From Candidatus Nomurabacteria bacterium (lineage in GTDB: Bacteria; Patescibacteriota; Minisyncoccia; Phycocordibacterales; SBAW01), in the NCBI GenBank assembly GCA_020854065.1, contig JADZGF010000005.1:8925-72924 (forward strand): a stretch of DNA of 64,000 nucleotides, given 5' to 3'. The notes below the pieces were generated by a model that searched no databases, was not told the DNA's origin, and saw only the letters and a list, made by a program, of their open reading frames with translations. This document shows positions 9,402 through 18,478 of the stretch, one piece after another. How positions within the stretch are numbered: position 1 is the stretch's first letter; the number at the start of each line of letters is the position of its first letter. A program made the position numbers and the translations under genes.

Positions 9402-10792
9402 GATTGTTTTGGTTCGTCCTTAATTTGGGCGGCCCTGCGCCAATCGCTAAAGGGCTCGGCATCCTTCTTTTTATTATGCGCGAGTGTGGGAATAGGGCAG
9501 AGGGCTGGGACACTCCTTAGCTCATCGTATCCCTTTCGGGCTATGGACAGCAACTCTTGCGGGATAAACAACAATTCTTTGTGTGGGGTGCATACTCGCC
9601 AATGTTTTCGCGTGCCGAGTATGAGTTTAGAATCGACCAGTCTGTCCTTTTTATAATGCGTCGCATCATCTGCGGGGCACAAAAGGAGGGGACCAAGTTC
9701 TTTACTCAATAGTTTGTAGGTATAAAAAAGTTCATGCAGAGTCGATGCTTCATAGGCGTACTCCCCGGAAGCGAAAAACAAAAAATCGGCATCATGTGCG
9801 AGTGATACTGCCTGCTCCAAAAGATCTCCTTCCGGCGCGACTATCGTGTAGGGTACGGGGCACAATGACAGTATCTGCTCAACCTCACTTCCGTGAAGAT
9901 TCTCGGCTTCATATATAAAGGTGGCATTGATACGTACGGCGTTGTGCCTCTCGAGCAAGAGCAGCGAGTAGAGTAGTGACTTCAGTAGTTCGGGATATCC
10001 CTGGGGTGGTGCATACACAATATGGAGCGAAGGTTTTTCTGCGTCAGCGGGCAATGCGGCAGAGGCTTGTGGCACCGGCATGTCGTGGTGTTTGTAGTAC
10101 TCAGCGTTAAATACAAGGGCCCCTGATGAGTCAAGCGTGTAGGAAGAATGTCCGAAGTGTTTATGTTGATAGGCAAGTTTGCGCCCGACATCTTCGCGGC
10201 GCCACGTGTGATGTATAACTTTGGCAATCGAAGGTGGCACAATGCCGGGTATGCGAGTGTATAAAGAAGACCCGTCATTAAATGCTACTTCGTTGTCAAA
10301 TTTAAAGTTCCGGATGCCGCCGGAGCGATCGGTGCGGATAATGCGTGGGGGAAAGAATGCGCCAGGAGAGGAAACCCCAAACACGTGGTTATCAAAATGT
10401 ACGTGGTAGTAGTCAAACTGGGGAGTTTTTTCTACAAACGCAATAATGTCTTTTATCTGTTGCGCTGTGTAATGCTCGTCGCCATCAAGGATCCATATAG
10501 CATCGACTCCTTTTGCAAGAAGTGCATAGAGGACGAGTGATCGAACCTCTTTTTCATACATTGGTTGCTCATCAAGAAAGAGTGCATCAAAATGGCGACT
10601 GTTTGCCCGGAGTGCTTCTCGAGTTGTTTGGTCGTTGTCTGGGTAACCAAGTTCGGCGTACTCCTTAAACTGCACGCTTGCAGCGGCAAGAACAATATCG
10701 TATCCCTGCGCTTTAACCTCAAGCCATGGGGTGATAGTTCTCTCTAACAAGTCTGGTGCACCATAAAAACATCCCAAGACGCCGATTTTCAT
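9398..10792 (-). CDS. Two-domain GT-A glycosyltransferase-like protein
   Basis: N-terminal domain WILDGDE (DxD); C-terminal domain resembles 4183..4959 but lacks its EDD motif. Confidence 0.7.
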   Translation of the reverse strand: MKIGVLGCFYGAPDLLERTITPWLEVKAQGYDIVLAAASVQFKEYAELGYPDNDQTTREALRANSRHFDALFLDEQPMYEKEVRSLVLYALLAKGVDAIWILDGDEHYTAQQIKDIIAFVEKTPQFDYYHVHFDNHVFGVSSPGAFFPPRIIRTDRSGGIRNFKFDNEVAFNDGSSLYTRIPGIVPPSIAKVIHHTWRREDVGRKLAYQHKHFGHSSYTLDSSGALVFNAEYYKHHDMPVPQASAALPADAEKPSLHIVYAPPQGYPELLKSLLYSLLLLERHNAVRINATFIYEAENLHGSEVEQILSLCPVPYTIVAPEGDLLEQAVSLAHDADFLFFASGEYAYEASTLHELFYTYKLLSKELGPLLLCPADDATHYKKDRLVDSKLILGTRKHWRVCTPHKELLFIPQELLSIARKGYDELRSVPALCPIPTLAHNKKKDAEPFSDWRRAAQIKDEPKQS

Positions 10793-10869
10793 GGGGCTAT
10801 CATACTATAGAGGGCTTTGTATGGGTACAAAGGGACATTTTTTGCCTTGGCGTGGGCTATACTACAAAC

Positions 10870-11973
10870 ATGAGGTTCTTCAACTTCCTCAAATACAACA
10901 ACGCCGTACCGATCGGTCTTTTCTTGTTGTTTGGTATGGGAAGTGCTGCGCTGGCTTCTACCCCTGAGGTTCAGCAGGCGGTGTATAACACGCAAGAATC
11001 GGTGGTCAGTATCGACAACAGTTATATCGTCAATGCTGATATAGAAAATTTTGAGTATCAGCTCATGGTAACGGGCATAACCGAGGACGAAGAATTGTAT
11101 TACGTAACGTACACGTATCAGACGATTGATTTGCAACAAGAGGTTTGGCAAGAAGTTACAAAAGGAGGAACGCTTAAATTTACAAAAAAAGAATTAGAAG
11201 GTAGAGATCTTGGGCTTGAGGTAAGTAAGCAATTGGGCGAGCTTATCGCAAGCGAGATGAAGTATCTTGCCGACGTACAAAAGTATGAGCGTGCAAACGG
11301 CGAGTCCCGCAAAGTAGTTGCAACTGAGTACTCAGGACTCATCGGCCGTTTCTTCGATCCGACGCAAAAAGAATTCCCGGGGTATAAACCAGTAATTGAG
11401 CCACCGAAACCTGAAGAAGAGGAACAGACTGCTGCGGTAGCGAATGCGGTAACAGATCCTACACAACCTGTTCCTCCTGAGGAGAAGAAACCGAAAGAGA
11501 GCACGGTGTTAAGTCTCCAGGTGCTTGGCGAAAATCCGGTGCGCGTGGCGCTCGGCAGCGAATACCGCGACCTCGGCGCACTTTTAAGTGATCCAACTGA
11601 TCCATCAATAACCTACAAGGCGTTTGTAAACGGTGAGGAGAAAGTCGCTCCGATAACGGTGACCTCAAATGACGATGCGGTATTTGAAATTGAGTATCGT
11701 GCGGTTGATCAGAACGGCATAAAAGTATTTGTGCGTCGCATTGTGCTCTTCGGCGATGCTCCTGATCCAGGCACCGCAAAGACATTTGGAGGAAACCGCG
11801 ACCTACGACAGGAAGAACCACCTGCTGAAGAACCTCCAGCCGAAGAGCCACCGGCAGAGGAACCGCCCGCTGAAACTCCTCCTGCTGAAGAACCTCCCGC
11901 AGAGGAGCCACCTGCGGAAGAACCGCCTGTCGAAGAGTCGTCCACACCGCCTGCCGAAGAGCCGGCACAATAG
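10870..11973 (+). CDS. Secreted protein with DUF5011-like Ig domain and C-terminal (EEPPA)n tail
   Basis: Signal peptide; LQVLGENPVRVALGSEYRDLGA...Y.AVDQNG....R; acidic Pro repeats; start at ATG 10870 after TATACT. Confidence 0.75.
   Translation: MRFFNFLKYNNAVPIGLFLLFGMGSAALASTPEVQQAVYNTQESVVSIDNSYIVNADIENFEYQLMVTGITEDEELYYVTYTYQTIDLQQEVWQEVTKGGTLKFTKKELEGRDLGLEVSKQLGELIASEMKYLADVQKYERANGESRKVVATEYSGLIGRFFDPTQKEFPGYKPVIEPPKPEEEEQTAAVANAVTDPTQPVPPEEKKPKESTVLSLQVLGENPVRVALGSEYRDLGALLSDPTDPSITYKAFVNGEEKVAPITVTSNDDAVFEIEYRAVDQNGIKVFVRRIVLFGDAPDPGTAKTFGGNRDLRQEEPPAEEPPAEEPPAEEPPAETPPAEEPPAEEPPAEEPPVEESSTPPAEEPAQ
11812..11931 (+). repeat. 8 x 15-bp repeat encoding EEPPA
   Basis: EEPPA x4, ETPPA, EEPPA x2, EEPPV; each unit uses different synonymous codons. 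Confidence 0.9.
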
Positions 11974-11988
11974 CGGTATAGTTACACT

Positions 11989-14895
11989 ATGCGGCTTATG
12001 CCAAATCATCCGCCCCATGTTTTGCGCTACGCGGCGCTTCTAACGGGTGGAGTAATGCTCCTGGTTATGGTGGCGCTCGTAATGTCGGGTAATGTTCCCT
12101 TCGCTCCGAAATTCGTTAAAAATCTAGCAGGTACACTTGAAAGAAACCCAACCTCTCAGGCTGCGGGTATACCTTTTTATGCTGACCATTTTCCGATCTA
12201 CAATGGAGGCGACCCAAATCTGAGGCTGGTGAATGTTATCTTACCTGGTCACCCGGTACCCAATAACTGCGGACTTAATACCTGTGGAAATACAGGAAGC
12301 TGCAGCAATCCCTACATAGGACTCATTAGTATAAGCGATAGCTCCGGCACTAACGGACATGCCGCGCGCGTAAGATTCAACAATACTGTACAATACTTGC
12401 CGTCAACGGGTGTGTTTCAATCGCCATCCGGCAGTACTTTAACACTCAATTGGTCTTGTCAGGACAAGGTTATCAGGCATCAGCTTGACGCATATAATTG
12501 CAGTAACTATGTCGCCGATGGTGTCTGGTACTTCGACAGCGCTGTCGTAACGGGCCCTAGTGGCACCTTGTACAGCGGAACCAACAGGATCGGAAGCGTG
12601 CAAGTCCCTTTTAGTGGGAGTGTGGGCCAAACATTTAACTATACGTTGACGTGTCAAAGAAAAACCAACTCGTGGAGTGCCAGTGTTTCAGCTAGAATAA
12701 TGCCCCCTGCTCCTACTCTTAGTATTACGGGCCAAGTCGGTGCTTCTTCACCGGTAAGCGGTACGGTAAACATGACAGTGGGGCAGTCGGTGCTCATTAC
12801 AGGCACCTTTTCCGCTGCTTCAGGAGATTCCTTAACGGCCACTGCACTCAACGACTCTTCAAACAACGCGCTTCCTGGTGTGTCCAACACAACTAATACT
12901 TCACCAAAGACCTACACTTTTACTCCAACGACGGCGGGCACGTATGTTTTCTACCCAGCAGTTAGAACGACCTTGCATCCAACGTGGAATAATCATGGCA
13001 GTGCACTTACGGTACAAGTGGCCGCCGCTCCTTCAGGGTTCACCCTCACAGTCGACTCAAACGGCTCCTCAGGCGTTGCTATTGGCGGTACTTCAGGCTA
13101 CACCGGTACCACTAACTACACTAAGGTGGGTATCGCAAACGGGACGTCGGTTCAGCTTATCGCTCCTGCTACTACAGACACTGCCTACTTCTCTGGTTGG
13201 AACAACTGTAATTCAGGCAGTGGCACCACATGTACTGTCATCGTGAACTCCAGTAAGACGGTGACGGCAAACTTCGGCACTGGAGGTTACACACTCACCG
13301 TCAACACCTCCGGCGCGTCAGGGATATCCATAAGCGGTTCTCCGACACTTACTGGCGGTACTACTAACTACGTCCGCTCAGGTATTCCTGGCGGAAGTGT
13401 CATTGTCCTCACAGCACCTTCGACTTCGGGTACCGCCACCTTCTCCTCCTGGAGCGGCTGTACTTCGGCAAGTGGGGTCACATGCAACATTACAATGACG
13501 GGCGGGAATAAAACGGTAACGGCAAGCTATACCGCAACCGACCTTTGCCCATCTCTCAGCGGCACACAAACCTCATACCCATCAGGTTCGAGCCCGGCTA
13601 ACTCATGCACCTGTCCTAGTGGCTACACGTATAACAGTGTCTCCAACACGTGTGTTGCGCCGGCGACTGATCTCTGTCCATCACTTGCGGGAACACAAAC
13701 GTCATATCCGTCAGGTTCAAGTCCAGCAAACTCCTGCACCTGCCCCAGTGGGTATACGTACGACAGCGGTTCTAACGCTTGTGTTGCTCCGGACCTCTGC
13801 CCATCACTTGCAGGAACACAGACCTCATATCCATCAGGTTCAAGTCCAGTAAACTCCTGCACCTGCCCAAGTGGGTATACGTACAACAGTGGCTCCAACG
13901 CTTGTGTTGTCGCGAGCGACTCGTGTACGACCATGTATCCAAGTTATTACGGTCCTGTTGTTGTGACGGGTACTACTGCAGGGACTGTGTATGGTAGTGG
14001 TCCGTACCATTTTATCTCTACCACTGCCAAAGCGGCAGTACATGCTGGTATTATCTCTGTCGGACAGACTGCTACTATTATGCGCACAAGCGCTGGTACA
14101 GTAAGTTCTTTCACTGGCTCTACACAAAATGGAATCACTTCCTTTACGACTGGGTCCTCTGCGTGTGGTGTAACACTCTCTAACGCGGCGCCATCAATAC
14201 CTACCTTGACTCTTGCTTCGACGCAGAGTGCTGCCGAGGGTGGGTCAACGGGTATTTTTACTGTTACTGCAAACCAGACTTCAAGCAGCAATATTGCCGT
14301 TAACTACACTGTTACAGGCGGCACTGCCACCGAAGGTGTCGATTACACTTCGCTTTCGGGCTCAGTTACTCTTCCGGCGTACGAGACGAGCGTAACGATA
14401 CTGGTGAGTGCCATTAACGACACTGAGTACGAGGGTACTGAGACAATAGGATTGTCATTGGATTCTTCTTCCAGTTATGACCGTGGGAGTCCGTATACTG
14501 CGACCATGAACCTTATCGACAACGAAACAGCAGCTTCGCTCCCAACATTCTCCACCTGTGCAGACACCGGGACTCCTCCTACCTGCTCGTTGGCACTACT
14601 TTCAGGTCTTACTTCAGTTAATTGGATTAGACAGGGTCTTCCTGTAACTGTGTCCTGGAATGTAGACGGACTCGTCACTGGTTCTCCGGGTAATACTTGT
14701 ACGATACGATCAATTCCTTCTTCAGCATTCACCACGCGAAGCTGGCCACAGACCGGGAGTACGTGGGTGGGCACTGCAACGTCAAATAACATTATACAGA
14801 CTACGATCTTTACCCTCACCTGCACAGCGCCAAATGGTATAGAAACTACAACTGCACGAACGGTGCGCGTGGTGCCTCGCTTCAATGAGATCTAG
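11989..14895 (+). CDS. Large modular membrane-anchored/secreted surface protein (Ig-like module, two InlB-B/Flg_new-like repeats, 3 Cys-rich repeats, LCCL-like and Calx-beta domains)
   Basis: N-terminal TM; FSGW..C......C......KTVTA repeats; VYGSGPY...AAVHAG...GSTQNGITS (LCCL-like); VNYTVTGGTATEGVDY...INDTEYEGTET (Calx-beta). Confidence 0.8.
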   Translation: MRLMPNHPPHVLRYAALLTGGVMLLVMVALVMSGNVPFAPKFVKNLAGTLERNPTSQAAGIPFYADHFPIYNGGDPNLRLVNVILPGHPVPNNCGLNTCGNTGSCSNPYIGLISISDSSGTNGHAARVRFNNTVQYLPSTGVFQSPSGSTLTLNWSCQDKVIRHQLDAYNCSNYVADGVWYFDSAVVTGPSGTLYSGTNRIGSVQVPFSGSVGQTFNYTLTCQRKTNSWSASVSARIMPPAPTLSITGQVGASSPVSGTVNMTVGQSVLITGTFSAASGDSLTATALNDSSNNALPGVSNTTNTSPKTYTFTPTTAGTYVFYPAVRTTLHPTWNNHGSALTVQVAAAPSGFTLTVDSNGSSGVAIGGTSGYTGTTNYTKVGIANGTSVQLIAPATTDTAYFSGWNNCNSGSGTTCTVIVNSSKTVTANFGTGGYTLTVNTSGASGISISGSPTLTGGTTNYVRSGIPGGSVIVLTAPSTSGTATFSSWSGCTSASGVTCNITMTGGNKTVTASYTATDLCPSLSGTQTSYPSGSSPANSCTCPSGYTYNSVSNTCVAPATDLCPSLAGTQTSYPSGSSPANSCTCPSGYTYDSGSNACVAPDLCPSLAGTQTSYPSGSSPVNSCTCPSGYTYNSGSNACVVASDSCTTMYPSYYGPVVVTGTTAGTVYGSGPYHFISTTAKAAVHAGIISVGQTATIMRTSAGTVSSFTGSTQNGITSFTTGSSACGVTLSNAAPSIPTLTLASTQSAAEGGSTGIFTVTANQTSSSNIAVNYTVTGGTATEGVDYTSLSGSVTLPAYETSVTILVSAINDTEYEGTETIGLSLDSSSSYDRGSPYTATMNLIDNETAASLPTFSTCADTGTPPTCSLALLSGLTSVNWIRQGLPVTVSWNVDGLVTGSPGNTCTIRSIPSSAFTTRSWPQTGSTWVGTATSNNIIQTTIFTLTCTAPNGIETTTARTVRVVPRFNEI
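13540..13911 (+). repeat. Three ~41-43 aa Cys-rich tandem repeats DLCPSLAGTQTSYPSGSSPANSCTCPSGYTYxSGSNACV
   Basis: Visible in both protein and DNA; also present at 23124..23620. Confidence 0.9.
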
Positions 14896-14922
14896 GTAAA
14901 AATCATGCGCTAGAATAAGCGT

Positions 14923-15939
14923 ATGAGTGTTAAGGTTGCAATTAACGGCTTTGGACGTATCGGTCGCGCGTTCGTGCGCGCAGCGGTGCATGATCCGAAG
15001 ATCGAACTTGTTGCGATCAATGACCTGGGTGAGATTGATAATCTTGCGTATCTTCTTCAGTACGATTCGGTGTACCGGCGCTTTCCCGCACAAATTAAAG
15101 TAGAGGGTGGCGATCTGGTGATTGGCGCAAAGCCAGTTAAGTTTTTAAGCGTCAAAGATCCTGCACAATTGCCGTGGGGTCAGCTTGGTGTTGATGTAGT
15201 GATTGAATCAACAGGCGTGTTTGATAGTTTTGAAAAATCGCAGGCACATATAACAGCTGGCGCGAAGCGTGTGGTTATTACCGCTCCAGTTAAAGACGAG
15301 TTACAAAACGCCGCAACGGTGCTGGTCGGAGTGAATGAGGATAAGCTCCAAAATGTTACCGTTACTTCCAATGCGTCGTGCACCACCAACTCAGCATCTC
15401 CTCTGATTGCGATTCTTGATGAATCGATTGGGATTGAGAAGGCGTTACTTAACACCGTGCACGCATACACCGCAACACAGTCGTTAGTGGATGCGCCGGT
15501 TAAAGGGTCAGATAAACGACGTGGTCGTGCTGCAGCGCAAAACATTGTGCCCTCATCCACAGGCGCTGCAGTTGCGGTGACAAAAGCATATCCAAATCTT
15601 TCAGGACTTTTTGATGGTGTCTCGGTACGGGTACCTACAGTTTCTGGTTCGCTCGTTGATATTACGTTCGTCGCGAAACGTGCAACGACTGCTGAGGAAG
15701 TAAACGACATACTGCGCAAAGCAGCGCTCGAACCGCGCTGGCAGGGGATTTTTGCTGCAAGTGACGAGCCGCTTGTTTCTGGTGACATTATCGGCACTGA
15801 ACATGCATCAATTGCGGATCTTGAGATGACACGGGTGGTTGGAGGTACCCTCGTTAAGGTAATGGCGTGGTACGACAACGAAATGGGGTATGCGCATACA
15901 CTTCTTCGACACGTACAATTGCTCGGTGCGCATATATAA
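14923..15939 (+). CDS. gap: Type I glyceraldehyde-3-phosphate dehydrogenase
   Basis: INGFGRIGR, SNASCTTN, WYDNE. Confidence 0.97.
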   Translation: MSVKVAINGFGRIGRAFVRAAVHDPKIELVAINDLGEIDNLAYLLQYDSVYRRFPAQIKVEGGDLVIGAKPVKFLSVKDPAQLPWGQLGVDVVIESTGVFDSFEKSQAHITAGAKRVVITAPVKDELQNAATVLVGVNEDKLQNVTVTSNASCTTNSASPLIAILDESIGIEKALLNTVHAYTATQSLVDAPVKGSDKRRGRAAAQNIVPSSTGAAVAVTKAYPNLSGLFDGVSVRVPTVSGSLVDITFVAKRATTAEEVNDILRKAALEPRWQGIFAASDEPLVSGDIIGTEHASIADLEMTRVVGGTLVKVMAWYDNEMGYAHTLLRHVQLLGAHI

Positions 15940-15946
15940 TAGAAGA

Positions 15947-16384
15947 GTGAAAATCTTCATTGCATCTGATCATGCAGGGTTTGAACTCAAAGAAACTCTT
16001 GGGCATTACTTGCGGATGAAAGGCCGCGAGGTGGAAGATCTTGGTCCTGCTGAATTTAATCCGGAGGACGACTATCCACATACCATTGCGCCGTTGGCTA
16101 AAAAAGTTGCAAAGACAAAAGGCGCCATGGGTATTGCGATTGGAGGTTCAGGACAAGGCGAGGCGATGGAATGTAATCGTGTGAAAGGAGTACGCGCTGC
16201 TGTCTTCTATGGTGGCTCCCATGAGATCCTTAAACTCTCACGCCAGCACAATAGCGCTAATGTACTCTCGCTTGGCGCGCGATTTCTTTCTCCAAAAGAA
16301 GCGATACAGGCAGTGGAGCTGTGGCTTTCAACTCCGTTTAGTCACGAAGAGCGCCATGCGCGCCGTATTAAAGAACTGGGATGA
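15947..16384 (+). CDS. rpiB: Ribose-5-phosphate isomerase B (RpiB/LacAB family)
   Basis: ASDHAG, DDYP, GGSGQGE, SRQHNSANVL, RH.RRI; GTG start after TATAAT. Confidence 0.93.
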   Translation: MKIFIASDHAGFELKETLGHYLRMKGREVEDLGPAEFNPEDDYPHTIAPLAKKVAKTKGAMGIAIGGSGQGEAMECNRVKGVRAAVFYGGSHEILKLSRQHNSANVLSLGARFLSPKEAIQAVELWLSTPFSHEERHARRIKELG

Positions 16385-17016
16385 TAAAAATAATTCCCGC
16401 CATTTTACCGAAGACGTTTGACGAACTCGTTTCGGGACTCGAGCGTTTAAGTAGTGTCTCAAATGAAATACAAATAGATTTGGTAGGAAGGAATGTGCTC
16501 AAGGATCAAGAGATGCCACACTGGCAGGAATTTGAGTTCGAAATTGATGTCATGCTTCCTGAGCCGCACACCGAATTGGATAGCATATTAGCACTTGGTC
16601 CTTCCCGTATTGTTATCCATGCAGCAAACCAGCACGCCAAAGAAGCGCTCACACAACTACAGAGTATGCGCGACGGAAATTACCCGACTCTTGTCGGTAT
16701 AGCGCTCTTACCCACCGCAGAGCCTGAGGTGCTTGATGAGTACGCAGGACTCTATGATTTCATACAAGTCATGGGTATTGATGAGGTTGGCGCACAAGGC
16801 AGGCCCTTTAATCCCAAAGCTATTGAGTTGGTCTCACGTCTCCGCGCGCTTCATCCTCAGGTACTTATACAGGTTGATGGTCATGCGGCTGGAAATGAAA
16901 AAGAGTTGGTTGCAGCGGGTGCTGAACGCTTAGTTATTGGCTCTGCAATATTGAATGCTGATAATCCAAAAGCAGCACTCCATGAAGCGCTCGCTCGTGC
17001 AAATGCCGGAGTATAA
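16381..17016 (+). CDS. rpe: Ribulose-phosphate 3-epimerase family protein (divergent)
   Basis: IIPAIL, QVMGI..VGAQG, IQVDG, GSAI; pentose-phosphate context. Confidence 0.8.
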   Translation: MIKIIPAILPKTFDELVSGLERLSSVSNEIQIDLVGRNVLKDQEMPHWQEFEFEIDVMLPEPHTELDSILALGPSRIVIHAANQHAKEALTQLQSMRDGNYPTLVGIALLPTAEPEVLDEYAGLYDFIQVMGIDEVGAQGRPFNPKAIELVSRLRALHPQVLIQVDGHAAGNEKELVAAGAERLVIGSAILNADNPKAALHEALARANAGV

Positions 17017-17024
17017 TAGAGCAA

Positions 17025-17909
17025 ATGGCTCTGAGCGATACGCAGGTTAATAGCCTTGAACTGCGCGCGCGCGACATCCGCGCCACTATTATTGAGATGC
17101 TCACCGCTGCAGGCTCCGGGCACACCGCGGGACCTCTCGGCATGGCGGATATCTTTGCGGCGCTCTATTTTCACATCCTCTCGCACGATCCCGCACATCC
17201 TGAATGGGATTTGCGCGATCGTCTTATCCTCTCCAATGGCCACATCACGCCGGTACGCTATGCTGCGATGGCACATGCAGGCTATTTCCCCGTTGAAGAG
17301 TGTTTAACGCTTCGTAAGTTTGGGTCGCGTCTGCAAGGTCACCCGGAGCGTCAAAAGCTCCCTGGGGTAGAGACTACTTCAGGTCCTCTCGGTTCGGGAC
17401 TCGGTCAGGCTGCCGGATATGCATATGCGGCTCGGATGGACGGAAAGAAATTCCGCACCTTTTGTTTAATGAGCGACGGGGAACAAGATACCGGCAACAT
17501 CTGGGAGTCTGCGATGTTTGCGGGGAATAATCGACTGAGCAACCTCACCGCTATTATTGATCGCAACAATATTCAGATAAACGGAATGACGGAGAATGTT
17601 ATGCCACTTGAGAACATGCGTGCAAAATACGAAGCGTTTAACTGGCATGTACTTGAGATTGATGGACATAACATGCGTGCCATTGTTGATGCGTGTGATG
17701 AAGCAGCGGCAATTTATGAGCGTCCAACCGTAATCATTGCACACACCATCCCTGGCAGAGGAGTACGTGAAATAGAGTTTGACTATCGCTGGCATGGCGT
17801 GCCGCCGGGCAAAGGTCCAACTGACAAAGTTCCGGCAGACAAACAGGCAGAAGTGTTCTTAAAAGAACTCCGGACTTTGAAAGGCAAAATTCAAAGCGAA
17901 CATGAATAG
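17025..17909 (+). CDS. Transketolase, N-terminal (TPP-binding) subunit
   Basis: GSGH, DRLILSNGH, LQGHP, SDGE...WE TPP motif. Confidence 0.95.
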   Translation: MALSDTQVNSLELRARDIRATIIEMLTAAGSGHTAGPLGMADIFAALYFHILSHDPAHPEWDLRDRLILSNGHITPVRYAAMAHAGYFPVEECLTLRKFGSRLQGHPERQKLPGVETTSGPLGSGLGQAAGYAYAARMDGKKFRTFCLMSDGEQDTGNIWESAMFAGNNRLSNLTAIIDRNNIQINGMTENVMPLENMRAKYEAFNWHVLEIDGHNMRAIVDACDEAAAIYERPTVIIAHTIPGRGVREIEFDYRWHGVPPGKGPTDKVPADKQAEVFLKELRTLKGKIQSEHE

Positions 17910-17916
17910 CTTTTTT

Positions 17917-18468
17917 ATGCGCAAATCGCGAGGTTTTACCCTTATCGAACTCCTGGTTGTTATTGCCATCATCGGCATACTTGCCTCTATTGTGATGGTT
18001 AGTCTCAATGGTGCGCGTGCTAAAGGGCGAGATGCTCGGCGACTTGCTGACTTGAAGTCATTTGAATTTGCACTCAATCTCTACTATGAGGCGAACGAAC
18101 ACTATCCATATACCAACTGCTCTGGCTCTAACAGCTGGGCCAGTTTTGACAGTCCTACCTATTCGCCCAATTTGGTATGTGATACGCCAGGTGGAGCAGG
18201 AGTTACGCTTTCACAAAAGATGAGCCCATACACCGATCCCTTAAAAGACCCGGGAGGTGCAACTGGTGATGCGGGTTATTTGTATATCAACCAAGGAGGA
18301 CGATTCGATTATTGCGTCTTGGTATGGCGCACCCCTGAAAACCTCAACAATTTCCCGCCTGAGACGATACCCGCATCTCAGTGCACTGCATGGAATAGTT
18401 CCGGAGTGTGCACCAGTGGCACTAATGCGTTGTATATAGGGAAAGGTATCTATCAAAACGGCTGTTAA
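17917..18468 (+). CDS. Type IV pilin / T2SS pseudopilin-like protein
   Basis: Class III signal RG|FTLIELLVVIAIIGILAS; ARAKGRDARR; start may be 17902 or 17917. Confidence 0.92.
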   Translation: MRKSRGFTLIELLVVIAIIGILASIVMVSLNGARAKGRDARRLADLKSFEFALNLYYEANEHYPYTNCSGSNSWASFDSPTYSPNLVCDTPGGAGVTLSQKMSPYTDPLKDPGGATGDAGYLYINQGGRFDYCVLVWRTPENLNNFPPETIPASQCTAWNSSGVCTSGTNALYIGKGIYQNGC

Positions 18469-18478
18469 TCTTGTATAT

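Noticed and set aside
1-10792. Prophage call for the RCC1/glycosyltransferase island
   Set aside because: No capsid, terminase, portal, integrase or att site is visible, and the genes use the same leaderless -10 pattern as core genes. The upstream part is outside the window, so this cannot be fully excluded.
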